This document shows positions 46,687-55,718 of a stretch of DNA of 64,000 nt, piece by piece. Position 1 is the first letter of the stretch, and each line of letters opens with the position of its first letter. Below the pieces are notes generated by a model. It saw only the letters and a list, made by a program, of their open reading frames with translations, was not told where the DNA came from and searched no databases. The stretch is from the NCBI GenBank assembly GCA_035776655.1, contig DASTWK010000092.1:6259-70258 (forward strand), written 5' to 3'. Source of the DNA: Mycobacteriales bacterium (lineage in GTDB: Bacteria; Actinomycetota; Actinomycetes; JAFAQI01). Position numbers and translations under genes: made by a program.

Positions 46687-47604
46687 TCAGGCGTCGGGGG
46701 CGAACGCCTCGAGTGCTTCATGGGCGCGCCGCAGGCTCACCGTCGGATCCGCCTCCGGGTTGCCGATCTCCTCGTCGAAGTTCAGGTCGACGAACAGCTC
46801 GGTCGCACCCTGTGCGGCATATTCGGCGATGTCGCGGCGGATCTTCTCGAGCATGCCGGTGAACTGGGTCTCCTCGTCGTGCTCGCGCACCCGCACCGAC
46901 GCCCGGATGACGATCCGCACCGACGACGGGTCACGGCCGGCCTCGGCTGCTCCCGACCGCAGCGCCGCGACCGACCCCGGCAAGGCGTTGGCCGGGAAGC
47001 GGCTCGACGAGATCCAGCCGTCGGCGATCCGCCCGGCTCGCCGCAGCGCGGGCTCCGCGCTGCCGCCGAGGAGCAGTGGGGGGTGCGGGCGTTGCACCGG
47101 CTTGGGGTCGACGTACGACGGCGGCACATCGTAGAACTCGCCGTGGAACTCCACCGGCTCCTGCGTCCAGATGGCGCGTAGGCACTCGACGTACTCCTCC
47201 GCGCGCGCACCGCGCCGCTGCATCGGCACTCCCGCCGCGGCGAACTCGTCCGGGCTCCAGCCCAACCCCAGTCCCGCGTCGAGCCGGCCGTCGGAGAGGA
47301 GGTCGATGCTCGTCAACGCCTTCGCCAGCACGATCGGCGCATAGAACGGCAGGTTGACGATCGCGATCCCGATCCGGATGCGGTCCGTCACGCCCGCGAC
47401 GTACGCCGAGATCGCGAGCGGGTCGTGCACGCTGCGATACGGCATCGGGATCGGGTCGCCCGCAGGGAACAACGTCCGCTGGAAACTCCACAACGATCGA
47501 TAGCCGAGCCGCTCCGCGGCGCGGCACACCTCGACCACGCCGGCCGGCGTCGCCCACGATCCCGAGACCGGGATGCCGAAACCCATGTCCATGCCGCCAT
47601 CCAA
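46687..47604 (-). CDS. LLM-class (luciferase-like) F420-dependent oxidoreductase
   Basis: GFGIPVSG...AERLGYRSLW and SDGRLDAGLGLGW are typical of the family. The start may be the internal ATG at 47586. Confidence 0.8.
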   Translation of the reverse strand: MDGGMDMGFGIPVSGSWATPAGVVEVCRAAERLGYRSLWSFQRTLFPAGDPIPMPYRSVHDPLAISAYVAGVTDRIRIGIAIVNLPFYAPIVLAKALTSIDLLSDGRLDAGLGLGWSPDEFAAAGVPMQRRGARAEEYVECLRAIWTQEPVEFHGEFYDVPPSYVDPKPVQRPHPPLLLGGSAEPALRRAGRIADGWISSSRFPANALPGSVAALRSGAAEAGRDPSSVRIVIRASVRVREHDEETQFTGMLEKIRRDIAEYAAQGATELFVDLNFDEEIGNPEADPTVSLRRAHEALEAFAPDA

Positions 47605-47634
47605 CCCGGCGTGTCCTGACCGGCACCGGGCAGG

Positions 47635-48117
47635 ATGGGAGCCGTGCCCTATCGCATCGTCTTCGTGTGCCTCGGCAACATCTGCCGCTCACCCATCGCT
47701 GAGATCGTCATGCGGCGCTTGGTCCGCACGGCGGGGCTCGAGGATCGGATCGCGGTGGAGAGTGGCGGCACCGGCGACTGGCATCTCGGTGAACCCGCCG
47801 ACCCGCGCACCTTGGACGTGTTGCGGCGCAACGGTTATGACGGCAGCGCCCACCGGGCGCGACAGTTCACCCCGCAGTGGTTCGACGAGCACGACCTCGT
47901 GGTAGCGATGGACGACTCCAACCTCACTGCGCTGCGACGGATGGCGCCCCCGGATGCGCGCGACAAGATCCGGCTGCTGCTCTCGTTCGACCCGGACGCG
48001 GCGCAGTCCGAGGTGCCCGATCCCTACTACGGCGGCGCGGACGGTTTCGACGACGTGCTGGCGATGATTGAGCAAGCCTGTCGGGCGTTGCTCGAGCAGG
48101 TGAAGACCGAGCTGTGA
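47635..48117 (+). CDS. low-molecular-weight protein-tyrosine phosphatase
   Basis: Catalytic loop VCLGNICRSP and DPYYG near the C-terminus. Confidence 0.92.
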   Translation: MGAVPYRIVFVCLGNICRSPIAEIVMRRLVRTAGLEDRIAVESGGTGDWHLGEPADPRTLDVLRRNGYDGSAHRARQFTPQWFDEHDLVVAMDDSNLTALRRMAPPDARDKIRLLLSFDPDAAQSEVPDPYYGGADGFDDVLAMIEQACRALLEQVKTEL

Positions 48118-48932
48118 ACATTGCCGGCGTCGAGCTGCTCGACCCGGCGCCGGTGGCCGGCGGCGACATCTGCCGGTCGTTTCGGGCTCGTACGACGGCA
48201 GGGCGGCCGGTGTTCGTGAAGTCGTTGTCGCCCGCGCCGGCAGGTTTCTTCGCCGCGGAGGCGCGCGGACTGCAGTGGCTGCGGGTCGCGGGCGGGCCAC
48301 AGCTACCGGAGGTCATCGCCGCCGGCGAGGACGGGTTGGTGGTCGAGTGGGTCGAGCTCGGACGCCCGACCGCCGCGGCCGCCGAGGAGTTCGGTCGCGC
48401 CCTGGCACGGATGCACGCCGCCGGGCCGAAACGGTTCGGTGCGGATCGCGACGGGTTCATCGGATCGCTGCCGCTGGCGAACGGCTCCGCACCGGACTGG
48501 CCGGCGTTCTACGTGGAGCATCGGGTGGCGCCGTACCTGTCTGCGCTCTCCCGCGATGAGCGGCGCGTCGTGGAGCAGCTGTGCGCCCGGATCGCCGACG
48601 TCGCGGGGCCGGCCGAGCCGCCGGCGCGCATCCACGGAGACCTGTGGAGCGGCAACGTCGTGTGGGCGGCCGACGGCACGGTGTGGTTGGTCGATGCGGC
48701 GAGCGCGCACGGCGGCCATCGCGAAAGCGACCTGGCGATGTTGGCGCTGTTCGGCGTCCCCCACCTCGACGCGATCCTCGGCGCGTACGACGAGGTGCAT
48801 CCGCTCGCCGACGGTTGGCGGTCCCGGATTCCGTTGCACCAGCTGCACCCGTTGCTGGTCCATGCCCGCCTCTTCGGCGGTTCCTACGGCGTGCGCGCGG
48901 CGGCCGCGGCGAGGGCGGCACTCGCCGCCTGA
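48114..48932 (+). CDS. fructosamine/ketosamine kinase family protein
   Basis: IHGDLWSGNVVW catalytic segment in a protein-kinase-like fold. The GTG start overlaps the phosphatase stop (GTGA). Confidence 0.8.
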   Translation: MNIAGVELLDPAPVAGGDICRSFRARTTAGRPVFVKSLSPAPAGFFAAEARGLQWLRVAGGPQLPEVIAAGEDGLVVEWVELGRPTAAAAEEFGRALARMHAAGPKRFGADRDGFIGSLPLANGSAPDWPAFYVEHRVAPYLSALSRDERRVVEQLCARIADVAGPAEPPARIHGDLWSGNVVWAADGTVWLVDAASAHGGHRESDLAMLALFGVPHLDAILGAYDEVHPLADGWRSRIPLHQLHPLLVHARLFGGSYGVRAAAAARAALAA

Positions 48933-49036
48933 GCCACCGGGTCCTGACCCGTCCACAGCAACTGCACCGGCAGGACCGGTCCACAACTCGCGCCGCGCCC
49001 CCGCCCCGCACCGCAGCACCGGCGAAGGTGCAGCGC

Positions 49037-50077
49037 ATGTCCTCTTCCGCAATCCCTGAGGTCGTCAAGCTCCGCGAGCTCGGCGACATCGTCAGCGCCG
49101 TCCCGCACCTGCTCGGCTTCCATCCCACGGAGAGCCTCGTCGCGGTCTCGCTGCGCGGGCCGCGTGAGCGGTTGTCGTTCTCGCTGCGGCTCGACCTGCT
49201 CCCGAGCGAGCACGATGACGAGGTCGCGTCGATGTTCGCCGAGCGGATGAAGCAGGCGAAGGCCGATGCCGTCCTGTTGTTCGTTTACACCGACGCGCCG
49301 CACGACGGGGTCGACCTGCCGCGCCGGCAGCTGATCGAGACGCTGGTGCGGCGCCTGCCGATGCCCGTGCGCGATGCCGTGCTCGTGACCGCTGAGCGGC
49401 TGTGGTCCTACGTCTGCGCGGATCCGCACTGCTGCCCGCCCGAGGGCCGGCGGCGCGATCCGCAATCGCCGGGCACGTTGGCGTTGCAGGCGGCGCATGC
49501 GCTGCACGGTGATGCGGTGTTGCCGAGTCGCGACGCCGTCGTCGCCGCAGTCAGCCCGATCGGCGGCATCGCCGCGCGGTCGATGCAGCAGGCGTTGAAC
49601 CGTGCGGCCGCCGCGTACGCGTGCATCGGCGCGAGCGACTTCCTCGAGTCGTCTCGGCAGCTGATGGCCGAGGTGATGGACCGCTACGCCGACCCGCCGG
49701 CGCGGCTGTCCGACGACGAGACCGCTCAGCTGGTGCTCGCCCTGCATGACCACGTCTTCCGCGACGAGGCGCTGCTTCGTTGCCGCCGAGACGAGGACCT
49801 GATGCGCACGTTGTTGCAGGACCTCGCCCGCCGCGCGATGCCGCCGTCGGACGCGCCCGTGTGCACGCTGCTCGGGTTCGTGGCCTATCTCAAGGGCGAG
49901 GGCGTCGTGGCGATGACCGCGCTGGAGCGGGCGCTGGACACCGATCCGTCGTACTCGCTGGCCCGACTGCTCCTCGCCGCGTTGCAGCGCCAGATGACGC
50001 CGCGGGAGTTGCGCCGGATCCTGACGCAGTCCGTCAGGCGCAGCGCCAGGCCGGCGCGCCAGCAGCGGACCGTCTAG
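49037..50077 (+). CDS. DUF4192-like protein
   Basis: An N-terminus of the form LGDIVSAVPHLLGFHPTESLV...L is what I recall for DUF4192. Confidence 0.6.
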   Translation: MSSSAIPEVVKLRELGDIVSAVPHLLGFHPTESLVAVSLRGPRERLSFSLRLDLLPSEHDDEVASMFAERMKQAKADAVLLFVYTDAPHDGVDLPRRQLIETLVRRLPMPVRDAVLVTAERLWSYVCADPHCCPPEGRRRDPQSPGTLALQAAHALHGDAVLPSRDAVVAAVSPIGGIAARSMQQALNRAAAAYACIGASDFLESSRQLMAEVMDRYADPPARLSDDETAQLVLALHDHVFRDEALLRCRRDEDLMRTLLQDLARRAMPPSDAPVCTLLGFVAYLKGEGVVAMTALERALDTDPSYSLARLLLAALQRQMTPRELRRILTQSVRRSARPARQQRTV

Positions 50078-50976
50078 AGGTCGAAGCGAACGCTCTCGTG
50101 CTGTTCCAGCCAGGCGAGGTCGGGCGCGAAGTGGGTGCGGAGCCGGTCGAGCAGCGCCGGCGGCAGCGGCACCTGCGCGTCCTGCCGCTGCGCCGCCCGC
50201 ACCCGCGCGCGACCGCGGGCAAGCCGACCCGTGACGCTCGCCGGCAACGCCCGCTTGAGGTAGGGGAACGCCGGGCGCAGCATCCGATCGACCCGGGCGA
50301 CCAGCGATTGCTCGCCGCTGGAGGGGTTGTAGCGAACCGTGGTGTCGAACTCGAACCCGTCGTCGATGCCGAGGAAGCGGCAGATGCGAGCCAACGTGTC
50401 GGCAGTGGCGCCGACGAGGTCGTCGTAGCGAACAACGAGCAGCTGCTCGGCCGGGAACGTGTCGCGGTAGCGCTGCAGCTGCTCGGCGTACGCGCTGAGG
50501 CGGACGAAGTGGGTGCCGGTGCGGTATGGCTCATAGGGCAACGGCAGCTCGCGCTCGACCGCGTCGGCGAAAGCGTCGACGGTGCGGTCGCCGAGGTCGT
50601 CATTGACGTAGACGAAGTGCGACCAGGTGCGCTCGACCGGCTCGCGGACGATCGCGATGAGCTTGGCTGCGGGCGCCTGCGCACGGATCAGCTCAGGAGT
50701 CTCACAGGTGTAGAGGTAGAGCGGCGACGCTTCGCCCACCGCCGCGGCCGGGTGCGGGAACAGTCGCTCGTAGCGATCGCGGTCCGGCACTGACTTGGCC
50801 AGTAGCCGCCGGTCGTCGGCGATGCACGGCCGCGGCCCCTCGCCGGTCTGGCGAAACAGGAAGTAGTTGGGCTCCTTGATGGCCGACATGACCACATCGG
50901 GGTGTTCGGCCAGGTAGTAGTGCAGCGACGTGGTCCCGCAGCGGGCGGCGCCAAGGACGAGGAAGTTCGGCAGCAT
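50074..50976 (-). CDS. sulfotransferase family protein
   Basis: PAPS-binding motif PNFLVLGAARCGTTSL, then KEPNYF. Confidence 0.85.
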   Translation of the reverse strand: MLPNFLVLGAARCGTTSLHYYLAEHPDVVMSAIKEPNYFLFRQTGEGPRPCIADDRRLLAKSVPDRDRYERLFPHPAAAVGEASPLYLYTCETPELIRAQAPAAKLIAIVREPVERTWSHFVYVNDDLGDRTVDAFADAVERELPLPYEPYRTGTHFVRLSAYAEQLQRYRDTFPAEQLLVVRYDDLVGATADTLARICRFLGIDDGFEFDTTVRYNPSSGEQSLVARVDRMLRPAFPYLKRALPASVTGRLARGRARVRAAQRQDAQVPLPPALLDRLRTHFAPDLAWLEQHESVRFDL

Positions 50977-51341
50977 CAGCCGGTCGAGCGCGCGTGCCCG
51001 ACCGCTGCCTGCACAGTGTCGGGATCGCGCGCGACCCAGGCCGATCCGTCGTCGGTCACGATGATCGGTCGTTGCAACAACGCGGGGTGCTCGACCAGGA
51101 GCTGGATCCAGCTCTCGCGCTCGCGGGTCCGCTGAGCGAGCCCGAGCTCGGCGGCCTCCGGCTCGCTCATGCGGGTGACGTCCCAAGGCTCGAGGCCGAG
51201 CGCGTCGAGGGTCGAGCTCAGCTCGTCCGCAGTTGGTGGCTCGTCGAGGTAACGCCGGATCTCGTAGTCGACGCCCGCTGCGTCCAGCGCCTCCTTGGCG
51301 AGCCGGCACTTCGAACACTTCGGGTTGAACCAGATCTCCAC
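50976..51341 (-). CDS. ArsC/Spx (arsenate-reductase-like, YffB-type) family protein
   Basis: VEIWFNPKCSKCRLAKEAL...LLQRPIIV; 121 aa from GTG 51341. Its stop overlaps the sulfotransferase start (TGATG). Confidence 0.8.
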   Translation of the reverse strand: MEIWFNPKCSKCRLAKEALDAAGVDYEIRRYLDEPPTADELSSTLDALGLEPWDVTRMSEPEAAELGLAQRTRERESWIQLLVEHPALLQRPIIVTDDGSAWVARDPDTVQAAVGHARSTG

Positions 51342-51432
51342 GGCGGGCAACCTATCGCCCGTTGCCCGGCCACTGTTCGATCGAGCCGCACAGGCCGGTC
51401 GACGGCGAGCGGCGACGCCCGGCGAGGATGAG

Positions 51433-51891
51433 CTAGGCGGCGCGGCGACGCGGCCGAGGTCGCGGCGCCCAGGTGGTCTCGTCACCGACGACAAGCAGGT
51501 CGACCTGGTGCGGCCACTCGTCGGCCAACCGCCGGCTGATCTCCCGCCACAGCATGCGGTCGGCCCGGCGCGGGCGCCCGTCGGGACGATGAATCGCGAG
51601 GACGACGCGGTGGGCGTCGACATGTCGGATGAGTTCGACGAGGTGCCGGCGGAACAGCTCGTCGATGCTGTGCGTGCCTTCCTCGACGCCAAGGCAGAGC
51701 AGCTGGACGCCGGTCCGGTCGAAGAACACCAGCCACAGCCCGCCGTCGTCGTCGGCGCGCATGCGGCGGCGTACTTCGCTCGTCACCACCGGCTGGATCG
51801 GGATCTCGAGGGGCACCGACGCATGGTCGCCAACCCGGATCGGCGCGGCTGCGGCTCGAAGGAATTTGTGGACGAGCCCGGACGTGAGCAT
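51433..51891 (-). CDS. hypothetical protein
   Basis: The 152-aa product from ATG 51891 has a globular-looking sequence (LWLVFFDRTGVQLLCLGVEEGTHSIDELFRRHLVELIRHV). The longer track ORF is Arg/Pro junk upstream. Confidence 0.5.
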   Translation of the reverse strand: MLTSGLVHKFLRAAAAPIRVGDHASVPLEIPIQPVVTSEVRRRMRADDDGGLWLVFFDRTGVQLLCLGVEEGTHSIDELFRRHLVELIRHVDAHRVVLAIHRPDGRPRRADRMLWREISRRLADEWPHQVDLLVVGDETTWAPRPRPRRRAA

Positions 51892-51977
51892 GACGTGACC
51901 GGCAGTTGTTGGCGGTGGCCGGGGGCGGCCGCCAGGCAGCGGCGGAGGCCGCGGTCCCGGAGTGGGAGGCTGGGGGG

Positions 51978-52862
51978 GTGCGACGCGGCGTGCCGGCTCC
52001 GCTGCTCGTGCTCGGTGCAGTTGCCAGCGTGCAAGGTGGCGCCGCCGTGGCCACGCGACTGTTCCCGCTCGCCGGACCCGGCGGAACCGTCTGGCTCCGG
52101 CTGGCCCTGTCCGCCGTACTCCTCCTCGCCATCGCGCGCCCGCGCCTGCGCGGCCGTGCTCCCCGCGAGATCGGCGTGGCAGTGGCGTTCGGCGTCGTGC
52201 TGGCGGCGATGAACGCCACGTTCTACGAGTCCCTTGACCGCATCCCGCTCGGGGTGGCGGTGACGTTCGAGTTCGTTGGGCCGCTGTCGCTGGCAGTCGC
52301 GGGCTCGCGGCGACGGCTCGACGCGGTGTGGGTAGCACTCGCCGCGACCGGCGTTGCGTTGCTCACGTCCGGCGGGGGACAGGTCCGGCCGGTTGGTGTC
52401 GTGCTCGCGCTGGTGGCCGGGGGGTTCTGGGCGGCGTACATCCTGCTGTCCAAGCGGGTGGGCGCGGTGTTTCCCGGCGCCTCCGGGTTGTCGATCGCAC
52501 TGGTGGTCGGCGCGTTGGTGACGGCACCGCTCGGCATCGTGTCCGGTGGCAACGCCCTGCTCCAGCCGGGCGTGGTCGGGCGCGGCGCCGCAGTGGCGAT
52601 GCTGTCCTCGGCAGTGCCCTACTCGCTGGAGCTGTTCGCACTCCGGCGATTGCGCGCGTCGGTCTTCGGCGTACTCATGTCGATGGAACCCGCGTTCGCC
52701 GCCGTGTCCGGCCTGTTGTTCCTCGGCCAGCACCTGGAGTTGCGGGAGTGGCTGGCGGTCGGTTGTGTCATGGCGGCGTCCATCGGCTCGACCCGCACGG
52801 CCCGCCGGGACGAGCTGCCGGTCGATCCCGGCGCCACCCCGACCGAGGTCGTGCCGGCGTGA
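51978..52862 (+). CDS. EamA/DMT family transporter (RhtA-like)
   Basis: GGGAGG lies 8 nt before GTG 51978. Ten hydrophobic segments, with NATFYESLDRIPLGVAVTFEFVGPL. Confidence 0.85.
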   Translation: MRRGVPAPLLVLGAVASVQGGAAVATRLFPLAGPGGTVWLRLALSAVLLLAIARPRLRGRAPREIGVAVAFGVVLAAMNATFYESLDRIPLGVAVTFEFVGPLSLAVAGSRRRLDAVWVALAATGVALLTSGGGQVRPVGVVLALVAGGFWAAYILLSKRVGAVFPGASGLSIALVVGALVTAPLGIVSGGNALLQPGVVGRGAAVAMLSSAVPYSLELFALRRLRASVFGVLMSMEPAFAAVSGLLFLGQHLELREWLAVGCVMAASIGSTRTARRDELPVDPGATPTEVVPA

Positions 52863-53665
52863 CACGACGCGTCGAGCTGTTGCGCGATCTCGATCGGGCG
52901 AACGGCTGGGTGCTGCTCGTGGACGGGGTGGAGCAGTCGTACGTCGATGTCGCGGACGCACGGCACCTGGAGTTCGAGTACATGCAGCACTTCGCCGTGG
53001 TGATCGACGCGATGCTCGTTGCGCCGGATCCCGTGGCGGCGGTGCATCTCGGTGGCGGAGCGTTGACGATGCCGCGGTGGCTGGCGGCGACGAGGCCGGA
53101 CTCGGAGCAGGTGGTCGTCGAAGGCTCGCCGGAGGTGCTCGCGGCGACTCGCTCGCTTCCCGCCGTACCCGATTGCGACGTCGTCGTGGCGGACGTGTTG
53201 CCGGCGTTGGCGTCGCTGCCGCCGGGCGGCGCGGACTTGGTGGTGTGGGACCTGTACGACGGCCCGCGCGCGGTCACGTCGGCGTTGACGGTCGAGGCGG
53301 TGCAGGCGATGCGACGGCTGCTGCGACCGCCGAGTGGGTTGTTGACATTGAACGTCTCGGACGCGGCACCGTTCGAGGTCGTGCGTCCGGTGCTGGCGGC
53401 GTTGCGGGCATGCTTCCGCGACGTCGTACTGCTCGCTGAGCCGGCCACCCTGCGCGGGCGACGGTCAGGCAACTGCGTGCTCGCCGCGTGCGTCGCTGGA
53501 CAGTTCCCCGGGCCGGTCTTGCTGCGAGCGGCCGCGGGCGCCCCGACACGCGCGCGGGTCGTGGCGGGAGACGAGCTCGACACCTTCATCGCTGACGCGC
53601 GCCCGGCGACCGCTCAGGCGCCGTTGCCGCCACCGGACGAGGCGTCGGGCCGCGGCTTCCTCTGA
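52859..53665 (+). CDS. spermidine-synthase-like class I methyltransferase-fold protein
   Basis: LLVDGVEQSYVD and HLGGGALTMPRW follow the spermidine synthase-like pattern. The GTG start overlaps the upstream stop (GTGA). Confidence 0.65.
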   Translation: MTRRVELLRDLDRANGWVLLVDGVEQSYVDVADARHLEFEYMQHFAVVIDAMLVAPDPVAAVHLGGGALTMPRWLAATRPDSEQVVVEGSPEVLAATRSLPAVPDCDVVVADVLPALASLPPGGADLVVWDLYDGPRAVTSALTVEAVQAMRRLLRPPSGLLTLNVSDAAPFEVVRPVLAALRACFRDVVLLAEPATLRGRRSGNCVLAACVAGQFPGPVLLRAAAGAPTRARVVAGDELDTFIADARPATAQAPLPPPDEASGRGFL

Positions 53666-53710
53666 GGACGCCGTCGGACATGGCGCCATGTGCCAGCCGC
53701 GGCAGCCGCA

Positions 53711-53860
53711 TCGGGATCAGCCATGGTGTTCGGGATCAGCCATGGTGTTCGGGATCGGCCATGGTGTTCGGGATCGGCCATGGTGTTCGGGATCAGCCAT
53801 GGTGTTCGGGATCAGCCATGGTGTTCGGGATCAGCCACGGAGCTTCGGGATCAGCTAGGG
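53711..53860. repeat. 19-bp head-to-tail minisatellite, about 7.6 copies
   Basis: Unit TCGGGATCAGCCATGGTGT at 53711, 53730, 53749, 53768, 53787 and 53806, with degenerate copies at 53825 and 53845. Two central copies carry A-to-G (GATCGG). Confidence 0.95.
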
Positions 53861-55660
53861 GTCGGTGTCGCTTAGCCGGTAGTCGTGGGGTGCGGTGTCG
53901 TAGGTGCGGCCGGTGGGTGAGGTCCAGGTCCAGCCGCCGTGGTCGTTGTGGTGGACCGTCCAGCCGGCGAGGGTTTTGGCGCGGTGCCAGCGTCGGGTCG
54001 GGGAGTGCAGGTTGGCACGGGTAGTGGGGCCGCCGTCGCGGCGGGCGATGAGGTGGTCGAGGTCGCCGGCGCCGGCGCCGGTGGCGCTGCCGGTGGGTCC
54101 GGCGGTCGGGGTGGTGGCGGTGACGTCGCGCAGGGCGACGAAGGCGGCGAGCGGCGCGGAGGGGCGGACGGTATGCGGGGTGGCGTCGAGCAGGTGGCCG
54201 GACAACGGGTGGGTGATCAGCCGGCGGATCTGCGCGTCGGGGAGCAGGTCTCGGATCGCTGCGGCTGGGATGAGGGTGCCGGTGCCGAGAAGCTCGCCGG
54301 GATGGTCGGTCAACCCGAGGAAGGTGGGCAGGTCGAGCGTGAGGTTGATCGTGATCGGCCGTCCGTGCCGCCGCGGCGCGCCCGCACCGGCCCGGCCGGG
54401 GTCGCTGCTCGCCGCGCGATCCCCCGGCCGCGGCCGGTCGGTGCCGTCGCTGCTGCCGGTGCCGTCACCGTCGCTACTACCGGTCGGGGTGCTGGTGGGG
54501 GTGCCGGTGGCCGGGGCGCCGGTGGCGGAGCCGGTCGGGGTGCTGGTGGGGGTGCCGGTGGGGGTGCCGGTGGGAGTGAACGTGCCGTGGGTGAGGAACG
54601 ATTCCATCGCGGTGACCAGCGCGGCCACGCGGAGGTGTTCGAGCGGGCGGGGGTCGCCGGTGCTTTTCCCACGCCGGGCCCAGGCGTCGGCGCCGGCCCA
54701 GAGCAGTTCGGCGTCTTCGCTGGGCAGCCGGGCGAACAGTTCGGCCATGCCGTCGCCGACGTGGCAGCGGATCAGCGTGATGTCGTGTTCGCGGTGACGG
54801 CGGCGCTGGGCGGCGGCGGTCGGGTCGAGCCGGTCGATGGCGCGGCGCAAAGCGGCGTCGTGTTGGGCCGGGGTGCGGGTGCCGGCGTGGGGCAGCACGG
54901 TCGTTTCGATCTGGGCGCATTGGTCGTCGGTGAGGGTGGCGGTGCGCTCGACCAGCGTTCGGGCCTTGCGCCAGGACAGGGTTCCGGCGCGCATCGCGGC
55001 CAGCGTGGCGGGCAGCCGGACGGTCAGCTCGCGAGCGGCGTGCACCAGCGCGGTGGACTCCCCGTCGCCGACCCGCAACGCCGCCCCGACCTCCGCGAAT
55101 GCGAACGCATGGTCGGTCAGCGTCGCGAGATCGGCCGAGGCTGGGCGGACCGAGGCTGGGCCGACCGGGGCTGGGCCGGTCGGGGCTGGGCCGGTCGGGG
55201 CTGGGCCGGCGAGGGCGGCGATGCCGGTCAGCTTGCCGGCGACGGCGAGGTTCTCCACCCGCGCCCATGCGACCACGTAGCCGACCTGCGCCGACGGGTC
55301 CAACGTGGCCGCGTCGACCGTGGCGAGCTCGGCCAGCAGCGACGGGGTCAGCGGTGCGGTCTCCGCCGTGGCCACGATCACCGCCGGATCCCGCGGGCGC
55401 AGCGGGTCCGCGGCCGCAAGCGCCTCCAGCCAGCCGGCGAACCCCTCCTGCACCCACGGGTCGGGCACATCAACACCGGCGGCGCGCAGGTCGTCCTCGT
55501 CCGGGCACTGCGCCCGTGCCGCCCGCTCTTCCAGCGCGGCCGCCTCCACCGGGTCCTCCACCAGCACCGCGACCGGACCCGGACCCGCGCCGGCACTGCC
55601 TGCCCCACTGGGGTCGGCCGCGATGTCGTCGGGATCACCACCCGACGCTGCTGGGAACAT
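53855..55660 (-). CDS. DUF222 / HNH-endonuclease-like protein (REP13E12-type family) with a degenerate nuclease motif and internal low-complexity repeats
   Basis: DUF222-like N-terminal part (LPATLAAMRAGTLSWRKARTLVERT). The C-terminal DLDHLIARRDGGPTTRANL...RRWHRAKT resembles HNH but lacks all Cys. Internal repeats encode PAPTG x5 (55137-55211) and TPTGTPT runs. Start ATG 55660. Confidence 0.75.
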   Translation of the reverse strand: MFPAASGGDPDDIAADPSGAGSAGAGPGPVAVLVEDPVEAAALEERAARAQCPDEDDLRAAGVDVPDPWVQEGFAGWLEALAAADPLRPRDPAVIVATAETAPLTPSLLAELATVDAATLDPSAQVGYVVAWARVENLAVAGKLTGIAALAGPAPTGPAPTGPAPVGPASVRPASADLATLTDHAFAFAEVGAALRVGDGESTALVHAARELTVRLPATLAAMRAGTLSWRKARTLVERTATLTDDQCAQIETTVLPHAGTRTPAQHDAALRRAIDRLDPTAAAQRRRHREHDITLIRCHVGDGMAELFARLPSEDAELLWAGADAWARRGKSTGDPRPLEHLRVAALVTAMESFLTHGTFTPTGTPTGTPTSTPTGSATGAPATGTPTSTPTGSSDGDGTGSSDGTDRPRPGDRAASSDPGRAGAGAPRRHGRPITINLTLDLPTFLGLTDHPGELLGTGTLIPAAAIRDLLPDAQIRRLITHPLSGHLLDATPHTVRPSAPLAAFVALRDVTATTPTAGPTGSATGAGAGDLDHLIARRDGGPTTRANLHSPTRRWHRAKTLAGWTVHHNDHGGWTWTSPTGRTYDTAPHDYRLSDTDP

Positions 55661-55718
55661 GCGTTCGATTATGTGCCCTGGGGGAGCCAGTGTCAAGCGC
55701 GCATTCCCCAGCAGGTGT

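Noticed and set aside
51295-52212. 305-aa plus-strand ORF opposite the hypothetical gene at 51433-51891.
   Set aside because: Its translation is Arg/Pro/Ala-rich. It overlaps both the minus-strand gene, which reads like a globular protein, and the well-supported EamA transporter start region in another frame.
53711-53860. Possible CRISPR array.
   Set aside because: The repeats are directly head to tail with no spacers, the unit is only 19 bp, and no cas genes are present in the window.
53680-54024. 114-aa and 61-aa plus-strand ORFs across the 19-bp repeat array, encoding periodic HGVRDQPWCSGSAMVFGIS peptides.
   Set aside because: The 19-bp period is not a multiple of 3, so the peptide simply cycles through three frames. 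The ORFs also overlap the 3' end of the DUF222 gene.
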